DNA from: Trueperaceae bacterium
Lineage (GTDB): Bacteria > Deinococcota > Deinococci > Deinococcales > Trueperaceae
Assembly: GCA_965213925.1 (NCBI GenBank)
Contig: OZ243927.1
Location: 2,336,001 to 2,400,000, forward strand
Length of the DNA: 64,000 nt
Direction: 5' to 3'
Below, in pieces: positions 16,950 through 26,136 of this stretch; position 1 is the stretch's first letter; the number at the start of each line of letters is the position of its first letter. The notes below the pieces were generated by a model that worked only from the letters and a program-made list of their open reading frames with translations, made no database searches and had not been told where the DNA came from. A program made the position numbers and the translations under genes.

Positions 16950-18145
16950 GCGGTTTCCGCGGGTAACTCGGTAGTTTCACCCTCACCGCTCGCTTCATAA
17001 AGGGTGTCGAACGCCTTTTTAAGCGCCTCCGAGGGCACTTGACCTCGCGTCTCTTCGTAGAACTGCGCGTACGCCTGGCTCATCGTCACTCGCTCTAAGT
17101 CCACGCCTCTCTGCGTCTCCTCTTGCTGGTCGGGGAGAGAGAGGTCTATCGCCAACACGTTTGGCAGGTGGCGGCGGATGCGGTCTTTGAGTCCGGGGAG
17201 GGGGTGCGCTAAGTCCACTGTGACTTTGAGCCAGCCCTCGAATTCTGCCAACTCTTCTGTGCGCCTATCAAGCTCATCCAACGCCACCTTGACGCGCCGC
17301 AACCTCTTGCCCGACTGAATTTCATGCTGCTTCACGAGCGTTGTGGGTTTGCCCGCTCGAGCCTCCACGATATAGACGTACTTCGTATCCCCTTGCTCCC
17401 CGAAGTCGAGTTGAAGGATGCTGCCCGAGTAGCGCCCCGCGTTTTCGGGGTAGCCCTCAACCTTTTGTGGCTTATGAATATGACCGAGCGCTACGTAGTT
17501 ACACCGCTCCGGGAAGAGGTCGGCGCTGAGGCTATAGTTCTCCGTCGAGTGAAACTGATATTCGGAGTTGGACAGCGTCGCGCCGTTCATCGTCGTGTGC
17601 GTCACGAGCAAATTCACCGCGTCGGGTCGGAAGGGCTTCGTGAGGTTGCCGATAAGCTTCCGCATCCCCTCCTGATAACGCTCACGCCACTTGCCAGGGT
17701 CTTCATCCAAGAGTTCCGCGACTTTGACGATGCGCCGCTCGGAGATAAAGGGTAGCGCGGCGATTTGCGCAGGCTCATCCCCGATTTGTAAACTAAACGC
17801 GCCCCCTTGCCCCGCGACTTTGACCTCACCGAAAGCGTAAGTGTTCGTCAAACCGAGCAGACCTCTCGCAGCGTCAATCCGGCTCGGCGAGTCGTGATTG
17901 CCTGCGACGACAACGCTGGGGATGCCCGCCCGTCCTGTCGTCACGAAGAACTCGTACACGGCGGCTTCGGCGTCGGCTCCGGGGTTGCGCGTGTCGAAGA
18001 GGTCGCCCGCGACTAAGATAAGGTCAACAGCTTCGCTCTTGGCTAACTCGGCGATTTCTTGCAAGGCTTCGCGGATTTCGGCGGTGCGCGGAACGCCGTG
18101 CAAGGTGCGCCCGGCGTGCCAGTCGGCGGTGTGGAGGATTTTCAC
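16946..18145 (-). CDS. sbcD: SbcD nuclease subunit
   Basis: HTADWH, AGDLFD, GNHDS, ALGHIH, YSGS. Confidence 0.95.
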   Translation of the reverse strand: MKILHTADWHAGRTLHGVPRTAEIREALQEIAELAKSEAVDLILVAGDLFDTRNPGADAEAAVYEFFVTTGRAGIPSVVVAGNHDSPSRIDAARGLLGLTNTYAFGEVKVAGQGGAFSLQIGDEPAQIAALPFISERRIVKVAELLDEDPGKWRERYQEGMRKLIGNLTKPFRPDAVNLLVTHTTMNGATLSNSEYQFHSTENYSLSADLFPERCNYVALGHIHKPQKVEGYPENAGRYSGSILQLDFGEQGDTKYVYIVEARAGKPTTLVKQHEIQSGKRLRRVKVALDELDRRTEELAEFEGWLKVTVDLAHPLPGLKDRIRRHLPNVLAIDLSLPDQQEETQRGVDLERVTMSQAYAQFYEETRGQVPSEALKKAFDTLYEASGEGETTELPAETA

Positions 18146-18203
18146 CCTCCTAGTTTAACTTGGGAGGGCGTGAGGCTTGGGAAAATGTGAGGTGGTTTGG
18201 GGG

Positions 18204-18584
18204 CTAATCCTCACACTCCGCCGTAATACTCGTCCCCCACCGGTACGCCTCCACACAGGGCACCGCAAGCCGCCGAATCTGGAGCGAGTTCTGAACGTTC
18301 CCCTCTGTGTACAACTGGGCGGAGGCGAGCACCGTCGCGCTTCTAGGAGCCCAGAAGTAGACCGTATGCGGGTAGCGTGAGGTGACACCTTCGCCTAAGC
18401 GCTCTAAGGGATTGCCCCTCGAGTACACAAGCGGCTCCGTCGTCACGAGGTAGCGTCCTTCAAAGGGCGTGCCGGGCTCGCCCTCCCAAGTGATAGACTG
18501 CGGGATAGGTCCGCCAAAGAGAAAATAGAGTGCGCCAATAACGGTGATGCTAAATAGAGCGATTACGCCGAGCATGACTTTCAT
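18204..18584 (-). CDS. Hypothetical membrane-anchored protein, paralog of 18818-19213
   Basis: N-terminal TM, GGP..IT.EGE.GTPF.G.Y, two C-terminal Cys; TACATT-N6-ATG start. Confidence 0.75.
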   Translation of the reverse strand: MKVMLGVIALFSITVIGALYFLFGGPIPQSITWEGEPGTPFEGRYLVTTEPLVYSRGNPLERLGEGVTSRYPHTVYFWAPRSATVLASAQLYTEGNVQNSLQIRRLAVPCVEAYRWGTSITAECED

Positions 18585-18817
18585 GGTGTCAATGTACCTT
18601 GCGTGAGTGAGGTCAACCGTGAGGTTAAGTGCAGATGCTTCTCCTCGCACTCTTTTGTAGTTTGTTTCACATGTAAGTTCTAATGGCGTTTTGTCGCTTA
18701 CAATAGGGATGCTGAGGGCGAAACGTCCCTACAAGTCAAATCTAAAGCGTCATAAACTGAACTGCGCCCTGTCGAGGTGTACCTTTTCCAAACATCCATC
18801 ACACTTAGGAGAACGTT

Positions 18818-19213
18818 ATGTCAGCCTTTCCCTTTGAAGTCCGTATCTTTCATATTTTCATCGGCGCGTTCGCGCTCGTCGTGCTGCTCGCGGCGTATTA
18901 CGTTTTAGGTGGTCCGGTCATTCACGTTATTACCTTTGAGGGCGAGGAGGGCACGCCTTTCCAGGGAAGTTACGTGGTCTCCCGCCAGGCTCAGAGTACG
19001 CCGTCGGAGGCACTCGCTTCGGCTAGAAACAGCATCGAGGGAGAGTATCCTTTCACCGTCTTTACGTGGGCCTCGAAAGACGCGCACATTTTAGCGGGCG
19101 CGCGTATCGCCTTAGAGCAAAATATGTACAACACCATCACGATTCGCCGAGCTGGAGTTGTCTGTAGCAAGGGGTATGTCTGGGGGCAGGCGGTGACGGC
19201 GGCGTGTGAGTAA
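18818..19213 (+). CDS. Hypothetical membrane-anchored protein, paralog of 18204-18584
   Basis: Same motifs; AGGAG SD. Confidence 0.75.
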   Translation: MSAFPFEVRIFHIFIGAFALVVLLAAYYVLGGPVIHVITFEGEEGTPFQGSYVVSRQAQSTPSEALASARNSIEGEYPFTVFTWASKDAHILAGARIALEQNMYNTITIRRAGVVCSKGYVWGQAVTAACE

Positions 19214-19215
19214 GC

Positions 19216-19385
19216 AGCAATGAGTACCGAGCAATCCAGTCGTACCCGCTTGCGCAGGGCACAGGGCTGGTTATGTAACCCAGTCAAGCTGAACGAACGG
19301 TCTTGCGAAGCAAACGAACGGTGAGCAATGAGTTGAAAGTCTTTGATTCTCACTCATTGCTCGTTGCTTTTAACTCATTGCTTCT
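19216..19385. repeat. Nested inverted repeats (AGCAATGAGT x2 / ACTCATTGCT x2) with internal AACGAACGGT x2
   Basis: Read directly between convergent genes. Confidence 0.6.
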
Positions 19386-19424
19386 TGTTGCTTTCATCTA
19401 TCTGCTACAAAATAGCGCGCCGCA

Positions 19425-19676
19425 TCAACCCCTTGGCGGGTCCTCCTCCCCCCGGTGCTGATAGTTGCCCGCGTCGAACTCCTGCGGCGTCAGCTTAACG
19501 ACGCCGTCGCCCTCTTGCTGTTCCAAAATCACCATGTCGATCTGCTTGTCCGCCACGCGAAAACCGCGCCCTTCGCCGTCTACGACGATGTCATCTACTG
19601 TGAGGTCGTCATAGGTCGCGCTGTACGTGGAGTCGTCTATAGTGTCGTCTGTGGGGTTATAACTCGGGTCGTCCAT
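19425..19676 (-). CDS. Hypothetical acidic protein
   Basis: 83-aa ORF abutting the upstream ORF in an apparent operon. Confidence 0.6.
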   Translation of the reverse strand: MDDPSYNPTDDTIDDSTYSATYDDLTVDDIVVDGEGRGFRVADKQIDMVILEQQEGDGVVKLTPQEFDAGNYQHRGEEDPPRG

Positions 19677-19943
19677 CTACGCTCCTAACAGGGTCACGCG
19701 CCCTGCGCTCATGCCGGTGATAGAGGAGCGCGAAAGCGCCAAGTGCGCCATCTCCGCGACCTTTGCGCCGCCGCTATACACCTCGACCTCTTTGAGATAG
19801 AGGACATCGCCCGCTTGCGCCTCGCCTTGTGATGCGTAATCTTCGGGTGAACTGCGCAGTCCTTGAATGATAAGTCCTTGCACCAAAAGCGTCATCGGCG
19901 TGTCCATGTCGAGACTCACGTTTTTCTCGCTGGCGTCACTCAT
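19677..19943 (-). CDS. Hypothetical protein
   Basis: 88-aa ORF overlapping the fasciclin stop. Confidence 0.55.
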   Translation of the reverse strand: MSDASEKNVSLDMDTPMTLLVQGLIIQGLRSSPEDYASQGEAQAGDVLYLKEVEVYSGGAKVAEMAHLALSRSSITGMSAGRVTLLGA

Positions 19944-20341
19944 GAGGGTAAGAGTACCTGATCGACGACGTGCACCGCGCCGTTGTCCGCCATGAGGTCG
20001 GCTTTGAGAACGGCGGCGCGTCCTACTCTAAGGTGCTCCGCGTCGCCGCCCACGCTCACCTCTTGCCCGCTCAAGGTGGTGAGCGTGGGCGAGCCCGAGA
20101 TGCTCGCTGCAGTAACTTCACCTGCAACAGCGTGATGTTTGAGCAACTCGGAGAGCGCCGCGCGGTCTCTTAGAAGGTCATTGACTGTCCCCTCCGGAAG
20201 CTTGTTAAACGCCTCGTCTGAGGGGGCGAAAAGGGTGTAGGTCCCCTCGCCGAGCGTGCCGAAAAGGTCCGCGTCTTTGAGCAGCGCGGAGAGCGTTTTG
20301 AAGTTGTCGTCGTTCTGAATGATGTCAACCACCGTAGGCAT
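19940..20341 (-). CDS. Fasciclin (FAS1) domain protein
   Basis: YTLFAPSDEAF, ADNGAVHVVDQVLLP; start ATG 20341 after GGAGG. Confidence 0.9.
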   Translation of the reverse strand: MPTVVDIIQNDDNFKTLSALLKDADLFGTLGEGTYTLFAPSDEAFNKLPEGTVNDLLRDRAALSELLKHHAVAGEVTAASISGSPTLTTLSGQEVSVGGDAEHLRVGRAAVLKADLMADNGAVHVVDQVLLPS

Positions 20342-21001
20342 CGTGGCCTCCTTCACCGCTTTATAACGTGTCCGCCTCGAGTCAGGTGTGCGCTGCGGCT
20401 CGATGTACCGACCCGGGTGTGCCGGCAAAGCCATGACGCCAGCTTACGGCTGCATCCATAGTCGCGCCTTTTGCGTTACGATGTGGCTCTTCATACTCTT
20501 TCGGTGACGCTCGCCGCGGCCCTAATACGGTCTTTATGCGGGCGTAGTCACGCGCGCTCCTTGAGTTCTTTCGAGCGACGCTTGGCGGACGAAGATCAGG
20601 CGCAAGCGCTCGCGACGTGGCTCGAGGAGAATAGCGTGCGCGAGAGAGATGTTGAAGTCTCGAGCAGCGAGTAAACGAGCGAAGAGTCAGACGCGCTCAG
20701 TGTACATTGAGAAAGGTGTACGTTAAAGATGAGCAGACCTCTTCGTGGTTATCCTAGGTGTTTCGTCCGTGCCTGGTGGACCTCTCGCCTCGCGCGACCT
20801 CTTTGATAGTCGCGCCGCCATCTCTTTACAGGTGTTCAAGATAAAAACTGAGAAATGTTCTTGGCGATATGGGGCAGTCTGCTCGTATCGATCCAGCTGC
20901 TCAGTTCGGTGAGATTTACCTGAATTCCTGACCCCGCAAACATGATACTGTCTCTTAATTTGTGTGGAGGGGGGCGCACGTCCTCCTCTGGAGGATTTTT
21001 C

Positions 21002-22558
21002 ATGGCATTCGAACGCGCATCCGGTATCCTGTTGCACCCGACCTCTCTCCCCGGCAGACACGGCGTCGGCGATTTAGGGCAGGGCGCTTACGACTGGCTC
21101 GACTTCTTGGAACGCTCCGGGCAGCGGCTCTGGCAGGTCTTGCCGCTCGGTCCGACGGGCTTCGGCGACTCGCCTTATCAGTGCTTCAGCGCCTTCGCGG
21201 GCAACCCGTACCTCATCAGCTTGGACAGGTTGGTGGACGGCGGTCTCTTGGATGAGAGCACCCTAGCGGATACTCCTGACTTCTCCGAAAGCGAGGTGGA
21301 CTACGGCGCGGTCATCCCCTTTAAGTTGGACATGTTGCGAGCCTCCTATAAGGTCTTTAAGGAGCGGGCGACGGAGCAGCAGAAGGAATCGTTCAATACC
21401 TTTTGTGACAAGCAGGCGTATTGGTTAGACGATTATGCCCTTTTCATGTCCTGCAAGGAAGCGAACGAAGGACGCGCCTGGAACGAGTGGGATGAGGGCT
21501 TGCGTAAGCGTAAAAAACGCGCTCTAAAAGAGCATCAAAAGGAGCACGCCGACGACCTTCAGCGCTGGCGCTACTGGCAGTGGCTCTTCTACACGCAGTG
21601 GGTGGAGGTCAAGCGCTACGCGAACGCGCGCGACATCAAGGTTATCGGTGACATCCCCATCTTCATCGCTTACGACTCCGCCGACGCCTGGGCGAACCCC
21701 GAGCTGTTCTACTTCGATAAGGAGGGCAACCCGACCGTCGTGGCGGGGGTGCCGCCCGACTACTTCAGCGAGACGGGGCAGCGCTGGGGCAATCCGCTCT
21801 ACCGCTGGGATAAGATGAAAAAAGACGGCTTCGCCTGGTGGATTTTGCGCTTTCAGTCCACCTTGGATTTCTTCGACCTCATCCGCGTAGACCACTTTCG
21901 CGGCTTCGAGGCGTACTGGGAGATTCCCGCCGACGAGCCGACCGCCGTCGAAGGGCGCTGGGCCCAAGGACCGGGGCAAACGTTCTTCGACGCGCTCGAA
22001 GAGGCGTTGGGCGAGCTGCCGATTATCGCCGAGGACTTAGGCATCATCACGCCGGAGGTCGAGGCGCTGCGCGACGACAACGACCTCCCCGGCATGAAGG
22101 TCTTGCAGTTCGCTTTTGCGGACGGCGGCGACGACCTTTACCTGCCGCACAACTACACACCTAACTTCGTCGTCTACACGGGCACGCACGACAACGACAC
22201 GACGCTCGGCTGGTACAGAAACGCGCCCCAAAAAGAGCAGGACTTCGTGCGGCGTTATCTAGCGAGGGACGAGAGCAACATCGTTTGGGATTTGATCCGC
22301 TTGGCGTTTGCGTCAGTGGCGGACTTGGCGGTTGTGCCGCTCCAAGACGTGCTGCGTTTAGGAACAGGGGCGCGGATGAACTTGCCTGGACGCGCGGGGG
22401 GAAACTGGAGTTGGCGCTACCGCCCGGAGCAGTTGGAGGACTGGCTTGCGCCTGCGCTACTAGAGATAGCGGAAAACTACGCGCGGGTGAAGGCGAAAGA
22501 GCCGGAGGATACACCGTATCGGCAGTCAACGACGGAGAGCGAGGCGGAGGAGGGATAG
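21002..22558 (+). CDS. malQ: 4-alpha-glucanotransferase (amylomaltase, GH77)
   Basis: GILLHPTSLPG, GDIPIF, GVPPDYFS.TGQRWGNPLY, RVDHFRG, AEDLG, YTGTHDNDT. Confidence 0.96.
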   Translation: MAFERASGILLHPTSLPGRHGVGDLGQGAYDWLDFLERSGQRLWQVLPLGPTGFGDSPYQCFSAFAGNPYLISLDRLVDGGLLDESTLADTPDFSESEVDYGAVIPFKLDMLRASYKVFKERATEQQKESFNTFCDKQAYWLDDYALFMSCKEANEGRAWNEWDEGLRKRKKRALKEHQKEHADDLQRWRYWQWLFYTQWVEVKRYANARDIKVIGDIPIFIAYDSADAWANPELFYFDKEGNPTVVAGVPPDYFSETGQRWGNPLYRWDKMKKDGFAWWILRFQSTLDFFDLIRVDHFRGFEAYWEIPADEPTAVEGRWAQGPGQTFFDALEEALGELPIIAEDLGIITPEVEALRDDNDLPGMKVLQFAFADGGDDLYLPHNYTPNFVVYTGTHDNDTTLGWYRNAPQKEQDFVRRYLARDESNIVWDLIRLAFASVADLAVVPLQDVLRLGTGARMNLPGRAGGNWSWRYRPEQLEDWLAPALLEIAENYARVKAKEPEDTPYRQSTTESEAEEG

Positions 22559-22562
22559 AGTT

Positions 22563-22826
22563 ATGGACAAAAAACCTGATAAGACGCCGGAGAGGTTTGA
22601 AACCTATGAAGAAGCTGCTGAATTCTGGGACACGCACGACGCAACTGACTACTTGGACGAGTTTCGAACAGTCGAGGTGAAAGGCGAGTTGCGGAATCGG
22701 TACTTTGAGATTGAAATTGAAGAAGATGTTGTCCGCTCGCTTCAAGATAGGGCGGAAGAACGAGGCGTATCGTTAGGGCGTTTAGCGTCGGAGTTACTGC
22801 GGCAAAAGTTGCGCGAAGCAGCTTGA
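22563..22826 (+). CDS. CopG/BrnA-type antitoxin, orphan
   Basis: F.TYEEAAEFWDTHD.TDY plus C-terminal RHH-like segment; no BrnT-like gene upstream. Confidence 0.75.
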   Translation: MDKKPDKTPERFETYEEAAEFWDTHDATDYLDEFRTVEVKGELRNRYFEIEIEEDVVRSLQDRAEERGVSLGRLASELLRQKLREAA

Positions 22827-22838
22827 TATAGACACCTC

Positions 22839-23192
22839 GTGGCTGATTCGATTTCACTACTGCCAGAGCGAATTCAGTGGTGGTATAAATTGCAAGTGGA
22901 AAGTATTTGTCAGAAGGTGAAAGAGGTAGCCAAAAATAGGCTTCAAGCTACAAATGTATACACGAGCGAAGTTCCGTTTTTGGAATTGGCTGAAGTATTC
23001 GATAATCATTACTTCGAGCACGAAGAGGCTGGCAACATGGAAGAATCACGCCGCTACTTCGAAATTGCCAGACTTTATTCGTCTTTAGCAAATTGTGAGG
23101 AAGGCGAAGCGCGCAAGTCAGTGTACGAACTTTCCTTCGGCTTAGGCGAATTGGTGGAACACTTTTTTGATGCTGTAGCGGAGGCGTGGTAG
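22839..23192 (+). CDS. Hypothetical helical protein (AT-rich)
   Basis: 117-aa ORF within the TA island; no recognised motif. Confidence 0.5.
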   Translation: MADSISLLPERIQWWYKLQVESICQKVKEVAKNRLQATNVYTSEVPFLELAEVFDNHYFEHEEAGNMEESRRYFEIARLYSSLANCEEGEARKSVYELSFGLGELVEHFFDAVAEAW

Positions 23193-23227
23193 ATGCTCAC
23201 CAGGACTTAGTGGAGTAAAATGAAGCT

Positions 23228-23464
23228 ATGAATCAAAACGATCTCTTAAAGCGCATTACCATCAGCCCAGAAGTGCGTAGCGGCAAACCTTGCATAAAAG
23301 GTACACGAATTACTGTGTACGACATACTCGAGTACCTAGCAGGCGGCATGAGTGAGGATGAGATTCTTGAAGACTTCCCGAGCCTCGAGCGCGAAGACAT
23401 CAGGGCGGTTTTAGCGTTTGCTGCAATGCGTGAGCGTAGATTGGCTTATTCAGCGGCAGCGTGA
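23228..23464 (+). CDS. DUF433 family antitoxin
   Basis: RITISPEVRSGKPCIKGTRITVYDILEYLAGGMSEDEILEDFPSLEREDIRAVLAFAA. Confidence 0.9.
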   Translation: MNQNDLLKRITISPEVRSGKPCIKGTRITVYDILEYLAGGMSEDEILEDFPSLEREDIRAVLAFAAMRERRLAYSAAA

Positions 23465-23790
23465 AACTGCTCTTTGACGAGAACTTGAGTCCAAAATTAG
23501 TTAGGTCGCTCGAGGATATCTTTCCAGATAGTGCTCAGATTGAAACTTTGGGGATGCGCGGAGAGACAGACTTTGCCATCTGGGAGTTCGCGAAACGTAG
23601 GGGTTTTACAATTGTCTCAAAAGATAATGACTTTCGGCAGCGTATCTTTTTGCTGGGACCGCCGCCGAAAGTGATTTGGTTATCGGTAGGAAACGCGAGA
23701 ACCTCTACTATCGCAACGATTCTCAGGGGGAACGCCTCACGAACCGAAAAATTTTTAGAGCAGGATGAAGGGCTTTTGGTTCTTTCATAA
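23461..23790 (+). CDS. DUF5615 PIN-like toxin
   Basis: MKLLFDENLSP, D..IWEFA, IVSKDNDF, PPKVIWL.VGN. Confidence 0.9.
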   Translation: MKLLFDENLSPKLVRSLEDIFPDSAQIETLGMRGETDFAIWEFAKRRGFTIVSKDNDFRQRIFLLGPPPKVIWLSVGNARTSTIATILRGNASRTEKFLEQDEGLLVLS

Positions 23791-23800
23791 GTGAGGTAAT

Positions 23801-23872
23801 ATGAGCGAAGACGAAATTTTTGAAGACTTTCCGAGCCTCGAGCGTGGGAACGCTAGGGCAGTGCTTGAATGT
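23801..23872 (+). pseudogene. Degenerate remnant of a DUF433 3' half
   Basis: Translates MSEDEIFEDFPSLERGNARAVLE vs MSEDEILEDFPSLEREDIRAVLA starting at 23348. Confidence 0.75.
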
Positions 23873-24007
23873 CACACTTCAGCCACAAGCGAGCCGACCT
23901 ACTATCTCTTATCACAGAGGCGAAACCTCGAGGCTGAATCTACCGTACCTGGCATGTATAGCTCGAGATAACCTATCCCTTTCTTTAGTAACGTTATGCT
24001 TAACCTT

Positions 24008-25525
24008 GTGAGCTTACGTTTGCCGACGCGACCCCGTGACCCGACGCCTGCCGAGCCGACGACCGAGCACTCTATAGCGATTCGCTTAGCAGGCGTCTCG
24101 GTCACATTTCAGGACAACCCGGTGCTGCGCAACGTAGACCTAGAGGTCAGGCGCGGCGAGTTCGTGGCGCTTATCGGTCCGTCGGGCGGCGGTAAAAGCA
24201 CCCTTTTGCGCGTGGTCGCGGGGCTCCTTAGAGCGAACGAGGGCGAGGTGGAGGTGCAGGGCGGTCCCGCCGTCGTCTTTCAGGACTACCGCCTTTTGCC
24301 CTGGCGCACGGTGCGGCGCAACGCCTCGTTGCCCCGCGACCTCACGGGACGCGGCGAGGACGCAGACGCGGTCTTGAAGCAGGTAGGGATGCTGGAGCAC
24401 GCCGCTCGCTATCCACATCAGCTTTCGGGCGGGATGCAAGCGAGAGTGGCGATTGCGCGGGCGCTCGCCCAAGACGCCGAAGTCCTCCTGATGGATGAGC
24501 CCTTCGCCGCGCTGGACGCCCTGGTGCGTGAACGCTTCAACTTAGAACTCAAGCGCCTACATGAAAAGACACAGAAGACCGTTCTCTTCGTGACGCACAG
24601 CATCCGCGAGGCGGTCTACATGGCGGACCGCGTAGTTGTTTTGAAAGACGGGCGTATCGAGACGGTCTTAGATGCCCGCACCGAAGGACGCATCACCGCG
24701 TACGAGGCGGGTTTGGAGGCTGACTTGCGTTCGCGCTTAGGCGTCGCCGACTCGACCGAGCTTCGCGTCGCGCGCACGCCGCCGCGTGCGCCCTGGGAAC
24801 TCTTAGGCACGGCGGCACTTCTCGTCCTTTTCTTAGTAGGTTGGAGTACGCTCGCCACGCGCGTCTCGCCGCTCTTTTTGCCCTCACCCTTAGAGGTCGG
24901 AGAGGCGCTTCTAAACAACGCCGCCGTTCTCACCAGTCACACGCTCGCCACCTTGCGCGTTACGCTCCTAGGCGTTCTTGTTGCGCTTGGGTTAGGCGTG
25001 CCGCTAGGCTACCTTATGGGGCGCTCGAAGCCTTTAGAGCGCCTTCTGTCACCCTTTATCGTCTCGCTTCAAGCCGTGCCGACCGTGATTATCGCGCCAC
25101 TCCTCGTCCTCTGGCTCGGCTACGGCTTGCCCGCCAAACTCACCGTGACCTCGCTGATTTCGGTTTTTCCGGTGCTCGTCTCGACGGTGGTCGGCGTGCG
25201 CGAAGTCGGGCGGGTTTACCGCGAAGTGTTTAAGACCATCGGCGCGACGGCTTGGGGGAACTTTACGCGGCTCGAGCTGCCCGGCGCGCTCCCCGTCGTG
25301 TTGGGTGGTCTGCGCCTCACCGTAACGCTGGCGCTCATCGGCACGGTCGTGGGCGAATTCGTCTTCGGCGGACCGGGTTTAGGCGCGTTCGCGAACAGCG
25401 AGCGGCTGAACTTCCGGGTGGCGAACGCGGTGGCGGCGGTCGGTGTAAACGTTGCGCTCGGCTTACTCCTTTACGGCGCGGTCGGGCTTCTGGAGAGGTG
25501 GGCGCTGAGCTACCGCCGCAGGTAA
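24008..25525 (+). CDS. NitT/TauT-type ABC transporter with fused ATPase and permease
   Basis: [24 protein letters not shown], then a SsuC-like TM domain; probable GTG start after TATGCT (ORF open to 23996). Confidence 0.88.
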   Translation: MSLRLPTRPRDPTPAEPTTEHSIAIRLAGVSVTFQDNPVLRNVDLEVRRGEFVALIGPSGGGKSTLLRVVAGLLRANEGEVEVQGGPAVVFQDYRLLPWRTVRRNASLPRDLTGRGEDADAVLKQVGMLEHAARYPHQLSGGMQARVAIARALAQDAEVLLMDEPFAALDALVRERFNLELKRLHEKTQKTVLFVTHSIREAVYMADRVVVLKDGRIETVLDARTEGRITAYEAGLEADLRSRLGVADSTELRVARTPPRAPWELLGTAALLVLFLVGWSTLATRVSPLFLPSPLEVGEALLNNAAVLTSHTLATLRVTLLGVLVALGLGVPLGYLMGRSKPLERLLSPFIVSLQAVPTVIIAPLLVLWLGYGLPAKLTVTSLISVFPVLVSTVVGVREVGRVYREVFKTIGATAWGNFTRLELPGALPVVLGGLRLTVTLALIGTVVGEFVFGGPGLGAFANSERLNFRVANAVAAVGVNVALGLLLYGAVGLLERWALSYRRR

Positions 25526-25531
25526 GTTGCG

Positions 25532-26023
25532 GTGAAGAAACAAGAGGTCATCGTGGATTTCGAACTTAGAGAAGCCACGCCTAACGACGCGGAAGCTATG
25601 GCGCAGCTTTGGCTCGAGGCTACCGCCGAAGTCGCCCAGCACGAACCCATTTACACTCCTTACATCAGCCAAGCTGAGTTGACTAAACGCCTAGCTAAAG
25701 AACTGAGTGAAGAGGTCAAAAGAGCTTACGTTGTCTATGCCGGAAATACTTTAGCCGCTTACGTCACCTTCTGCACCGAGGACGAAGCACCTATTTTCAT
25801 ACCCAGACGCTATCTCTACATCACTGACTTAGATGTTTCCGCCACCTTTCGCCAAAAAGGTTTGAGCCGCTTACTGATGGCTGAAGTCGAGTCTTATGCT
25901 AAGTCTCAGCGGATTGACCGCCTCGAACTCTCGGTTGCTTTAGCCGACCCTCGAGCCAAAGCGGTGTGGGAACGCCACGGCTTTAGGCCGCATCTGCTTA
26001 TGATGAATAAAGAGGTCGAATGA
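25532..26023 (+). CDS. GNAT family acetyltransferase
   Basis: LDVSATFRQKGLSRLLM motif A. Confidence 0.85.
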   Translation: MKKQEVIVDFELREATPNDAEAMAQLWLEATAEVAQHEPIYTPYISQAELTKRLAKELSEEVKRAYVVYAGNTLAAYVTFCTEDEAPIFIPRRYLYITDLDVSATFRQKGLSRLLMAEVESYAKSQRIDRLELSVALADPRAKAVWERHGFRPHLLMMNKEVE

Positions 26024-26136
26024 AGAGGTGATGAGCCTTTCCTGTCGCGCTGCTCACGGAATTTCTCAATTCACTGGGTATCTTGTATCTTAGCTTTTTG
26101 TAAGCTTTTAATCCCTAAGGAGGTGTGTCAGTTCTT

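Noticed and set aside
18704..18731. Hammerhead-like CTGA...GAAA inside a TAGGGATG/CGTCCCTA hairpin
   Set aside because: The core reads CTGAGGG rather than CTGANGA and stem II is missing; probably a simple 5' UTR hairpin
23873..26136. FMN or TPP riboswitch for the ABC importer
   Set aside because: Conserved aptamer cores not found before either the ATPase-permease or the binding protein
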